DNA of 64,000 bases from Thermoplasmata archaeon (lineage in GTDB: Archaea > Thermoplasmatota > Thermoplasmata > Thermoplasmatales > GCA-001856825): assembly GCA_021792255.1 (NCBI GenBank), contig JAJYUZ010000001.1, positions 128,001-192,000 on the forward strand. Reading direction: 5' to 3'. The notes under the pieces were generated by a model. It was not told the DNA's origin. It ran no database searches and worked only from the letters and a program-made list of their open reading frames with translations. Position numbers and translations under genes: made by a program. Within the stretch, counting starts at the first letter, position 1. Each line of letters starts with the position of its first letter. This document shows, one piece after another, positions 40,752 through 48,795 of this stretch.

Positions 40752-40955
40752 GAATTAAAAGTTCAAATAAGCACCTAATAAGTTAATGAAGGTCCTTAAC
40801 TCATATTTAAAGAAAAACTCATTTTAATAATATAAAAATACTCAGATACTTGAAATAAAAATTGGGCTGATCCCAGGTTGAGTCAGTTACAAACTGTATT
40901 TATAGGACCATCCCCGATGATTATCAGATAAATCTCACACATCTATCGGACGATT

Positions 40956-41117
40956 ATGGAATCCGTTATGGAATGGGAGACCTTCATTAGAAAGTCGGGT
41001 GGCACCTTCTACGCGAGAATACCTAGTGATTGGGTAAGGAACAAGAGAATCCAGAAAGGTGATGAGATCAAGGTTTCTTTGAATGTGGACGGGTCTTTGA
41101 GGATTGACAAGAAATGA
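40956..41117 (+). CDS. AbrB/SpoVT-type swapped-hairpin DNA-binding protein (53 aa; absent from ORF track)
   Basis: MESVMEWETFIRKSGGTFYARIPSDWVRNKRIQKGDEIKVSLNVDGSLRIDKK* fits the RKxGxS..IP..W.....I.KGD.I....DG.L.I pattern. Confidence 0.78.
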   Translation: MESVMEWETFIRKSGGTFYARIPSDWVRNKRIQKGDEIKVSLNVDGSLRIDKK

Positions 41118-41248
41118 CTGTCTCTCAGCAAGAACCCAAATGGTTGAAGCTCTGGAATCAACTTATCCAAGAGGTTCAAGAGCGCAAGAAAACAGAGAAG
41201 GCCGATAACAGTGAGGTAGTTTCAAATGAGCAAGAAACAGACAGATAA
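41114..41248 (+). CDS. Small hypothetical protein (44 aa)
   Basis: ATGA overlap with AbrB-like gene; MTVSQQEPKWLKLWNQLIQEVQERKK...; overlaps rep start. Confidence 0.45.
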   Translation: MTVSQQEPKWLKLWNQLIQEVQERKKTEKADNSEVVSNEQETDR

Positions 41249-43133
41249 AGGAAGTGTGGGCCCCTCGTCAAAGGGGCCCAAAAATGCGGCCACAAGCACC
41301 AAAGAAGATAACGAGGAAGACTTTAAAACCATTTCTAAGACGAGATTCAAGAAAGATGGATACTATTACGATCAGATTCACGACATAGAACAAGACGTAG
41401 ATAGAAGGATTGTCATAAATCAATTCATCAAACACAATGGAACTAGCAGACCGATATTTGTTAAGCATGTGGAAACCTATGATGAAGAGGGCAACAAGGT
41501 TATAATAACTCCAGCTCCTCAAATTGCAACCCAGAAACTAGATCGCATTTTCGACAACGACCAAACTGATTACATCAAGTTCCCACCGGCACCGATAGAA
41601 TACGAATCGGAGTTTCTACTCTATTCCCAAACAAAAGGATTCATTCACAAGTATGTGGAAGTCAGGCAGGAAGATGAATTTCTTCTCTCGTTGTGGTTAT
41701 TGAAAGCAGTTCTCTTTGACACTCTCAAGGACACCTCGTTTCCCATGATCCATATCATAGCACCATACGGAAAGGGGAAGTCCAGATTGTTGTCAGTTCT
41801 GACAAACATCACGCCTTATGGATTCTACCTCGTGAATATCAGCTCTGCTCCCCTTAAGAGAGTATCCGAGCTCTATTCCCCTATCTTATACGTTGATGAA
41901 AAAGGAGAGATGGATAATGAAACGTCTGCTCTACTTAATTCAAAGTTCAATAGAAATTCTGTTTACCTCAACGCAGACCAAAAGATACAGAGAGGATATT
42001 CGGCTCTGGTCGGCTACAAGCTCTATGGACCAATCGCACTAGCTGGTAGAACCCCATTCAAAGATGATGCAATTGAATCTAAGAGTTTCCAGATCAACCA
42101 GAATTTCGAGATGTCAAGAAAGGACGTTCCGAGAAAGATCAAGGGAAAGGCGCTTGACGAGTTCGACTATGAAGCCAAAGAGATCAGAGGGAAACTGTTG
42201 CAATTCAGGATCAAGTGGTGCGACAAGATCAACGAAATAGAATCCTCAGACTTCTTGTCAAAGTACGAGAATCACTTGGAACCTAGACTCTTCGAAATCA
42301 TTTCGTTCTTTGAGGATTTAATAGAGATAATTCCAGAGGTCAAGCAAGAGCTTTCTAAGGTGTTGGAGTACCAGATCAGAAGGAATGTCGAGGTTGCAAG
42401 GGAGACACCCAACGGCATTATTGCGTCCACTCTTTTATCAATCCTGGAGAATGCAGAGGATAACCAAATTGAGTATTTCATCGGAGGCAAGAACTACTCT
42501 GGGATATATCTCTCTTCCATCTATGATGAAGTCGGTCAGAACTACTCAAAACAGACTGGGAAAATACTCTCTGCTCTGGGCCTCAAGACAGACAGGCCTA
42601 GAATCAAGGTCGAAGGCAAGGACGGGGAGAAAGACAAAAACAGGAGAGTATCAGTCGTTAGGATACCAGATGTAAGCAAACTGAACGAATTGAAAGCCAG
42701 ATATGACCCCGAATACGTGAGTGCCGTTTTATCAAGTATTTCTCAGGGTCTCCAAACAAGTGTGGACGATGAGGACGAAGAGGACGATGAAATGGGGGAC
42801 AGACACATAAATGAGTCAAAAAAGGAAAAAGAAGGTGTGAGTCCCCTAAATGATAGTCCTGATAGTCCTCTTCGTCCAAGTGATAATTCAAGTACCTCTC
42901 AAGAACCTGAAAAATCCTATGTCCAGAGCGATGAATGGCAATACTTTAAAGTGAAGGAGAGTTTCAGCTTTGGCAAATACATATATCAAAAAGGGAAAAT
43001 CTCTAAGTTCCCGATTCTGAAAGCTGGAACCTACATAGAGAAAGGTCTCCTAGAGCTACCTTGTCCAAGTGGACAAGTATGGGATCCAAACGAAAAGGGA
43101 TGCATCATTTCTGAAGGAGGAAATCAGAAATGA
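41226..43133 (+). CDS. Putative replication protein, P-loop NTPase/helicase-like
   Basis: Walker A APYGKGKS, Walker B ILYVDE, GPIALAG..PF.D.A.ES; GAGGT RBS; largest gene of the element. Confidence 0.7.
   Translation: MSKKQTDKGSVGPSSKGPKNAATSTKEDNEEDFKTISKTRFKKDGYYYDQIHDIEQDVDRRIVINQFIKHNGTSRPIFVKHVETYDEEGNKVIITPAPQIATQKLDRIFDNDQTDYIKFPPAPIEYESEFLLYSQTKGFIHKYVEVRQEDEFLLSLWLLKAVLFDTLKDTSFPMIHIIAPYGKGKSRLLSVLTNITPYGFYLVNISSAPLKRVSELYSPILYVDEKGEMDNETSALLNSKFNRNSVYLNADQKIQRGYSALVGYKLYGPIALAGRTPFKDDAIESKSFQINQNFEMSRKDVPRKIKGKALDEFDYEAKEIRGKLLQFRIKWCDKINEIESSDFLSKYENHLEPRLFEIISFFEDLIEIIPEVKQELSKVLEYQIRRNVEVARETPNGIIASTLLSILENAEDNQIEYFIGGKNYSGIYLSSIYDEVGQNYSKQTGKILSALGLKTDRPRIKVEGKDGEKDKNRRVSVVRIPDVSKLNELKARYDPEYVSAVLSSISQGLQTSVDDEDEEDDEMGDRHINESKKEKEGVSPLNDSPDSPLRPSDNSSTSQEPEKSYVQSDEWQYFKVKESFSFGKYIYQKGKISKFPILKAGTYIEKGLLELPCPSGQVWDPNEKGCIISEGGNQK
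42764..42877. repeat. Mirror-symmetric iteron-like array inside rep (candidate origin)
   Basis: GGAC starts at 42764, 42773, 42782, 42797; GTCC ends at 42844, 42859, 42868, 42877 (spacings 9,9,15 / 15,9,9) around an A-rich core. Confidence 0.7.
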
Positions 43134-43621
43134 ATCCTGAAAGCTGCTCATTATTCGATAAATGCGAGTGTCCTTTATGTCCGCTAGTCTCAGACTCCAA
43201 TCAAATCTGGTACTCTGAGGATGAAATCTGCAAGAATCCGGAGTTTGAACTTATAACCAGGTCAATGAAGAAATTGAAGCGGAAGGCTGCACCTGGTTAT
43301 TTCACCCTTGAAATGCTGCGCAGGGAATTCATAGTGCGGAAAGGCACTGAAGGAATAGATCCCGATCTATCGAATTCAACAGAGGATCCGGTCAGCGAAC
43401 ACCTAAGAAGAGAATCGATCTGGCTGAAGAGGCACCCTGAGATATCTAAGGAAAGAAAGGAAAGGATGAGAGAGTTGGGACTGAAATCAGTCGCTTCTAT
43501 CCAGAAACCCCTCTCTCATCCGTCAATTTCTGAGATACCCGACTCAAAAGGTGTAATCACTCGTCTTGACCCTTCATCTAACGAGAAATCGGTACAAAAC
43601 GGAGGCTCTAGCTATGACTGA
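43130..43621 (+). CDS. Hypothetical protein with Cys-rich N-terminus
   Basis: CSLFDKCECPLCPL...WY.EDEIC; GGAGG RBS and ATGA overlap with rep. Confidence 0.7.
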   Translation: MNPESCSLFDKCECPLCPLVSDSNQIWYSEDEICKNPEFELITRSMKKLKRKAAPGYFTLEMLRREFIVRKGTEGIDPDLSNSTEDPVSEHLRRESIWLKRHPEISKERKERMRELGLKSVASIQKPLSHPSISEIPDSKGVITRLDPSSNEKSVQNGGSSYD

Positions 43622-43808
43622 GTTCGTTTTTGTCGTAGAACTAGAAGATCAGTTTGTCAAGATAGGTCATTTCGAGATTCTCGGTCTCGGAAATGATACT
43701 CGTGTATCAAAGAACTCCAGGTCAAAAAGTGATACTCAAGTCTCAAAAAATTCCCAGTCCACTTTTTTAAAGGACGGTTTCAGGTCATCCTTAAACCTGA
43801 GGGGGTGA
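43614..43808 (+). CDS. Small hypothetical protein (64 aa)
   Basis: GGAGG RBS before ATG 43614, overlapping the previous stop; internal DTRVSKNS/DTQVSKNS repeat. Confidence 0.45.
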   Translation: MTEFVFVVELEDQFVKIGHFEILGLGNDTRVSKNSRSKSDTQVSKNSQSTFLKDGFRSSLNLRG

Positions 43809-43814
43809 ATATGA

Positions 43815-44642
43815 ATGATTGACAAGCATATTAAACTAGACGAAGCACAAAACGATAGGGTCAAGAAGAGTGGAAAGAGCATACCGGGACTCCTCGATAT
43901 AGGAGTGAAGGCCATAGAAGAACAGGATGATGGCTTGCCTGCGCTTCTATTCGATATGCAGAACGCAGATTCAAAACAAGTCTACTCCTACCTGAAGAAG
44001 CTTGGCGATTCAGACTTTTCAAGGAGACTAGTTAAGGAAATCTACGAAAGAGGCCTTCAAACTCAGCATAGAGACCTCTTGGTGAAGATTGCAGACAGCA
44101 ACAGCATTTACTATGTTCCTCTCGTTGAAAAGTGTGTAGGGTCTCTAGTCTCAGAGGAGAGCAGGCTTAACGCAGTCAGAAATGAGATTGAATCTAAGAT
44201 CGCTGAACGAGACGGACTGATCGACGAGATAGATGAGTTGGTAGCTGAACGAAAGACTGAGCTAGAAATCAACAATAGGATCCAGAAACTTGAGACAGAA
44301 TCTCAAAACATCAGTGCTCAAATCGAGGAGAAGACAGGGATGCGTAACAAGCTCTTTGAAGAAATATTGGAACTGAAGAAAGAAAAGGACTCTCTGATAA
44401 CTCCGATTGTTAAAGGGATGGTACGAAACTGGATCGGGCAGGAATATACTCTAGGTGCAACCCTGTTTGGAGATGCTGTTTGGGATTACTACCAAGCACA
44501 AACCGACGAGGAGAGAACAAAGGCTCTTGAACTGATAGTCCACTTCTTTAGAGGCGTGAGAGATCTAAGTCACGTCCCTATCGACAAGGTGATAGAAATA
44601 GCTGAGCAAGTCAGGGAAGCTCACCCAGAATTTAACCAGTAG
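43815..44642 (+). CDS. Hypothetical protein: possible N-terminal ribbon-helix-helix plus long coiled coil
   Basis: KHIKLDEAQNDRVKKSGKSIPGLLDIG strand-helix-helix pattern; heptad-rich E/K region at about residues 115-195; GGGGTGA RBS. Confidence 0.65.
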   Translation: MIDKHIKLDEAQNDRVKKSGKSIPGLLDIGVKAIEEQDDGLPALLFDMQNADSKQVYSYLKKLGDSDFSRRLVKEIYERGLQTQHRDLLVKIADSNSIYYVPLVEKCVGSLVSEESRLNAVRNEIESKIAERDGLIDEIDELVAERKTELEINNRIQKLETESQNISAQIEEKTGMRNKLFEEILELKKEKDSLITPIVKGMVRNWIGQEYTLGATLFGDAVWDYYQAQTDEERTKALELIVHFFRGVRDLSHVPIDKVIEIAEQVREAHPEFNQ

Positions 44643-44698
44643 CCTCAATCCACTCGGGCAGTCCCTATTTTTCTCGTTTATTTTCTATTCAATCCATT

Positions 44699-45092
44699 AG
44701 GGATTTTAGGGTGCGTCCACTGAAAGACCTCGACTAGTCCTCATTCTCAAACCTTGAAATCCACAAAATCCCTGTTATAACATTACTAGCCACTCTTCTG
44801 CTCCTATACATGTATGCGGATACACGCCCCCATGATAGAAAAACTGAAAGTTGGGCCGACAAGGCTAGGGGCGGTTGAGGCTAATGGAAACAGACAAAAA
44901 TGCAAGAATTGCGGAGCAAACATCAATCCAAAAGCAGAGAATGACCAGGGTGAGAATCAGCCTCCTTTTCAGCTACCATGTATGTGGATACACGCCTATG
45001 TAAATTGTGAAAGTTAAGAGGTCAGGAAATCTAGACTACTCGACTAGAGTTAAAGTTCTAGAGTCTCACCCAGGATTAACAGGGATTAACAG
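44699..45092. repeat. Repeat-rich non-coding region of the element
   Basis: CATGTATG(C/T)GGATACACGCC at 44809-44828 and 44977-44996; CTCGACTAG at 44729 and 45039; GGATTAACAG tandem 45073-45092; inverted AGGGATTTT/AAAATCCCT at 44699/44765. Confidence 0.7.
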
Positions 45093-45133
45093 AAAATAGA
45101 AGTGGAAATTAAGAGGATTAAAATTACGGCCGC

Positions 45134-45400
45134 TCACTTAGATCCGTCTGATTCTTTCTGTTTCAGGTACTCATCTCTCTTTTGCCTTAGGTCTTCTCTT
45201 CTCTTTGCGATTCCGTTGTTGTCAATGTCTCTCTTCATTCCATCTTCTATGTAGTCACTGATTAGAAATGTGATATCTGTATGTGTCAGGTGTGCCACAG
45301 CCTTAAGGTCTACTATTGTTTCATATTCCAGGCCTAGACTCTTTTCTAGAAAAGCAACACACGCTTTCTCATTGCTGTCCATATTCATCTCTCGGTCCAT
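45134..45400 (-). CDS. Hypothetical protein (88 aa) downstream of integrase
   Basis: GGGGGTGA RBS upstream; co-oriented with integrase; helical charged sequence. Confidence 0.55.
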   Translation of the reverse strand: MDREMNMDSNEKACVAFLEKSLGLEYETIVDLKAVAHLTHTDITFLISDYIEDGMKRDIDNNGIAKRREDLRQKRDEYLKQKESDGSK

Positions 45401-45468
45401 CCGTTATCACCCCCTTTCTCTTGACCTAATTTCAATGTTGATCCATCTTCCATTTGATCTTCACTCTC

Positions 45469-46758
45469 TTAGGATTTGGTTAGAAGCTCCTTAATGAACT
45501 TCTCTTTCATATCTGGATTACTCAGTATTTGGCTTATCATAGCCTCGAGCATCTTGTCTTTGAAACCAGGATCAAAGAACTTAGATAGATCCTTTACACT
45601 CTTGTCAACTGTCGGTGATTCCATTATCGTTGATTCTACCTTCTTCTTCATTTCATCCAGGTCTATCGCAAGTTTGACATCTAGAGGCAGAGCACATCTA
45701 TTGCAGTACATTGAATTACTAGCATTGAGACTGTGGCATCTTGGACACTCTTTAGGCCTTTCTTCCATTGATTTCTTGTCGTCCTTAACCTCTATTCCAT
45801 ATCCCTTTAGAATTGATCTGTCCTGGTCTCTCAGTGACAAATGGACATAGGTTTTAGTCTGTTTGGAGCCATGCACCCACCCCATTTGAGATTCTAAGGG
45901 TGCCTCTACTACCTTACTTGCCAGAATGGTAGCCCTGGTATGTCTAAATAGATGTGGATGGATTCTCCTCTTAAGTCCGCTCTTTTTAGTCACTCTCCTG
46001 AATATAGAATAGATGTCAAAATGCGTTAATGGCTCTCCTTTGATCCTTTCATTAAAGCTAGTGAACAGCCAGGCATCTTTGTTGTTCTTGTCGGGGTGGA
46101 CGTCTAGCCACGATCTTAGATAAGGAATAGAATTTCCAACTATTCTGACCTGTCTAAATCCTGTCTTGCCCGTCACCCTTATCAGCGCACCGTAATCGTC
46201 AAAATCAACGTCTCTGATCTTCATCGTTAGCATTTCTCCTATCCTTATTCCAGAGTCGTATAATGTGCTGAATATTGCTCTATCCCTCTGATTCTCGGAT
46301 GCATCTATCAATTTGTTGACTTCATCCTGGGTAATCAGTGATTCAGGTTTCACCTGTCTGGACGGATGACCGTTTCCTATCTTAATGAATTTAACACAAT
46401 CAGGATAATTCTCGTTCTTCCCCAAATGCCACTTGTAGAATTTCTTTAATGCTACTTTGTACCCCTGCAATCCATTCTCAGTTGGATAATGCGCTTCTCC
46501 AGATCCCCACTTTACCTTAGTGTTGGATATCTTTGAAACCACAGACTTGATGTCTTTCTCTGAGGGCTCCAGGAATTTGTCAGGAATCATTAAGGCTATC
46601 TTCTTTAGTCTCAGAATGTATGCGTATTGTCTTCCTTTTGAAATTCCCTGTAAATCAAGGTCATCAATGAATTCCCTTATTCTCTTAACCGTCTTCTTTG
46701 GTAGTCCTCTCTTGTTTAGCTTCTCATACTCGTTTTTAAGTTGCTCAGGGGCTTCCAT
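45469..46758 (-). CDS. Tyrosine recombinase/integrase with C-terminal zinc ribbon
   Basis: SGIRIGE (R), TGKTG (K), HPHLFRHTRAT (HxxR), MGW, TKTYVH (Y); CPRC..N....YCNRC. Confidence 0.95.
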   Translation of the reverse strand: MEAPEQLKNEYEKLNKRGLPKKTVKRIREFIDDLDLQGISKGRQYAYILRLKKIALMIPDKFLEPSEKDIKSVVSKISNTKVKWGSGEAHYPTENGLQGYKVALKKFYKWHLGKNENYPDCVKFIKIGNGHPSRQVKPESLITQDEVNKLIDASENQRDRAIFSTLYDSGIRIGEMLTMKIRDVDFDDYGALIRVTGKTGFRQVRIVGNSIPYLRSWLDVHPDKNNKDAWLFTSFNERIKGEPLTHFDIYSIFRRVTKKSGLKRRIHPHLFRHTRATILASKVVEAPLESQMGWVHGSKQTKTYVHLSLRDQDRSILKGYGIEVKDDKKSMEERPKECPRCHSLNASNSMYCNRCALPLDVKLAIDLDEMKKKVESTIMESPTVDKSVKDLSKFFDPGFKDKMLEAMISQILSNPDMKEKFIKELLTKS

Positions 46759-46818
46759 AATGAGTTAATAGAAAACCTTTATAAAATGGTTACTGTTTTG
46801 AACTCCTAATTCGAAATA

Positions 46819-46831
46819 CGGCACCTGCATA
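46819..46831 (+). repeat. attR core CGGCACCTGCATA
   Basis: Identical to 40739-40751; 60 bp from integrase start. Confidence 0.88.
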
Positions 46832-46952
46832 TCTAAAAGGGTTCAATGCAGTTCTCATGAGGGATCTGCCACTGTGGAAAAGAGCACAATAAGGAGAAGA
46901 CCAAGTCCTTGCTGTGCCCAACGAGTCGCTGAAGTCTGGAGACTATTTTGCG

Positions 46953-47729
46953 CTACTTACCTATGTTCTCTCTGAGCTTATCGAAGAACCTTCCTGCTTC
47001 CTGGTAGTCACGATCCCTGATGATGTGCTTCAGGAATTCTAGTCTAGAGGTTATCTTTTCAAGCTGCGAAATAGACCTTGGGTTGAAGAGAATTTCTGAG
47101 AGTAAACTATCATCTTCAGACAGGAGCCCTCTCGCAAGTTCCATGTGTCTCTTGAAATTAGTTCCCGGGACTGCCCGAGTGTCTACGCATGCTGCAAACA
47201 CCATAGAGGACGAGAAAGGCAAAGTAAGGGAGTAAGCCATCATAGAATCGTGTTCAATGAACGAAAGTTCATAAACGTTCAACCCGATCTTCTGATAAAA
47301 GTCTCTGAAAATTTTTTTGCCCGACTCCTCAGATTCTTTTATTATTATAGCGCTCTCACCTACCGGTAAAGACATGTTTGCATTTGTGGGACCGAACATT
47401 GGATGGGTTGACACAAATTTATGCCTAGAGTGAATGTAGTATGACGACAAATCACCCTTTATTGAAGCTATATCAGCAATCATGCAGCTCTCGTTCAAAA
47501 ATTGTGAAATCTCGTCGAAAACTTCTATGGTGCTTCCAAGATTCACCGCATTTATCAGAACTTCCGGCTGAAATACTGCGATCTCTGGAAGAGAAGATAA
47601 TACAGTAACGCCCTTTAAAGAGCTAGTCTTCAATTTATCGGTATCGTAGACAGCGACCTCGTTATCGTCTTGAAGTTTGTTAGAAAGCCAGGATCCCATT
47701 TTTCCAATTCCAATTATCGCAATCTTCAC
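46953..47729 (-). CDS. tyrA: Prephenate dehydrogenase
   Basis: IIGIGKMG, DIASIKG, HPMFGP, EHD.MMAYSL; start set at GTG 47729 (AGGAG RBS, GTGA overlap with pheA). Confidence 0.88.
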   Translation of the reverse strand: MKIAIIGIGKMGSWLSNKLQDDNEVAVYDTDKLKTSSLKGVTVLSSLPEIAVFQPEVLINAVNLGSTIEVFDEISQFLNESCMIADIASIKGDLSSYYIHSRHKFVSTHPMFGPTNANMSLPVGESAIIIKESEESGKKIFRDFYQKIGLNVYELSFIEHDSMMAYSLTLPFSSSMVFAACVDTRAVPGTNFKRHMELARGLLSEDDSLLSEILFNPRSISQLEKITSRLEFLKHIIRDRDYQEAGRFFDKLRENIGK

Positions 47730-48784
47730 TTTGACCAACTCCTGTAACAACCGAGTAGTTTGAATTCGGTAGTTTGGGCTTTTATTTTCTCCAAAGTCTC
47801 AATTGTTTTCTTGTTCCGGTAGCCTCCAATGAAGTCAATTAGAAACTTTGCTCTACCCGTCGAATCTCTTGTAGGGATAGATTCTATCATAGTGAGATTA
47901 ATCCCCGCTTCCTTAAAGAATCCCAAGACCGAGAATAGTGCGCCCGCTTTGTCCTTGGTAGAGAATGTTATTGAGCACTTGTTTCCCTTTCCTAAGAATT
48001 TTCCACCCGATATTACCAGAAATCTGGTGAAATTTGATTTCGAATCCTCGATATTTTCCTCAAGTACTTTTAATCCATATAGGTCTGAGCAATTTCGTCC
48101 GGCTATTGCCGCCGCAGCAGTAGGTTTTTCCTTTGCAATCATTGCTGCAGCACCCGCAGTATCGTAGTAAGGTCTTGGCTCCAACTTGTTATCGATTATG
48201 AAATTCCTACACTGTGCAAGTGCCTGAGGATGAGAGTATACTACCTTCACCCCTTCTAGACTTTCATTTGAGAGACCAAGCAGAGAATGATGGACAGGCA
48301 AGACGACCTCTCCGATTATGTTGACATTCTTTTCGGTCACAAGATGACTCACTGAACTAATTGCACCTTCTGAGGAATTTTCTATCGGAACCACACCAAA
48401 GTCGAGCTCACCGTTCGACACGCCTTCAAAAACATCTGAAAATTCTAGGCAGGGAACGGGGATGTAAGAATCATCGAAAGCTTCGCAAGCAGACTCTCCG
48501 AAAGCTCCTCTCTCTCCCTGGAATCCAGCCAACTTGAAATTCTTCCTTTGCAACTTTTTAGATTCAGTAAATATTTTGCTGTACAATTCCTCAGAGAATG
48601 AAGGGAATAGTAGTCGGTCTTGTCTGGCCCTTAGGTTGGTTAAAATTTCTTCCTCGCGTTTTTCATCTCTTATCCTCTTCTTGAGACGTCCAGCTCTGAT
48701 TGATAACAGCATTCTCCTACTCATCAGACTCAAAATTTCAGAGTCTGTTTGGTCAATTTTTTTTCTTAACTCTTCTATTTTCAT
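47726..48784 (-). CDS. pheA: Chorismate mutase / prephenate dehydratase (P-protein)
   Basis: IEELRKKIDQ.D..IL.L...R (AroQ), FQGERGAF.E, PIENSSEG, SHPQALAQC, NFTRF, ACT domain; start set at ATG 48784. Confidence 0.92.
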   Translation of the reverse strand: MKIEELRKKIDQTDSEILSLMSRRMLLSIRAGRLKKRIRDEKREEEILTNLRARQDRLLFPSFSEELYSKIFTESKKLQRKNFKLAGFQGERGAFGESACEAFDDSYIPVPCLEFSDVFEGVSNGELDFGVVPIENSSEGAISSVSHLVTEKNVNIIGEVVLPVHHSLLGLSNESLEGVKVVYSHPQALAQCRNFIIDNKLEPRPYYDTAGAAAMIAKEKPTAAAAIAGRNCSDLYGLKVLEENIEDSKSNFTRFLVISGGKFLGKGNKCSITFSTKDKAGALFSVLGFFKEAGINLTMIESIPTRDSTGRAKFLIDFIGGYRNKKTIETLEKIKAQTTEFKLLGCYRSWSK

Positions 48785-48795
48785 ACTAATGCCAC

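Larger units (their letters stand above)
40739..46831. mobile_element. ~6.1 kb integrated element (cryptic integrative plasmid or satellite-like) at tRNA-Gly
   Basis: 13-bp direct repeat of the tRNA 3' end at both ends, intact tyrosine integrase beside the right repeat, replication-type NTPase and small regulators inside. Confidence 0.88.

Noticed and set aside
44809-44996. 20-bp direct repeats as a mini-CRISPR, and the 67-aa ORF 44814-45017
   Set aside because: Only two copies with a 148-bp gap and no cas genes; the ORF is built on the repeat and lacks a clear RBS
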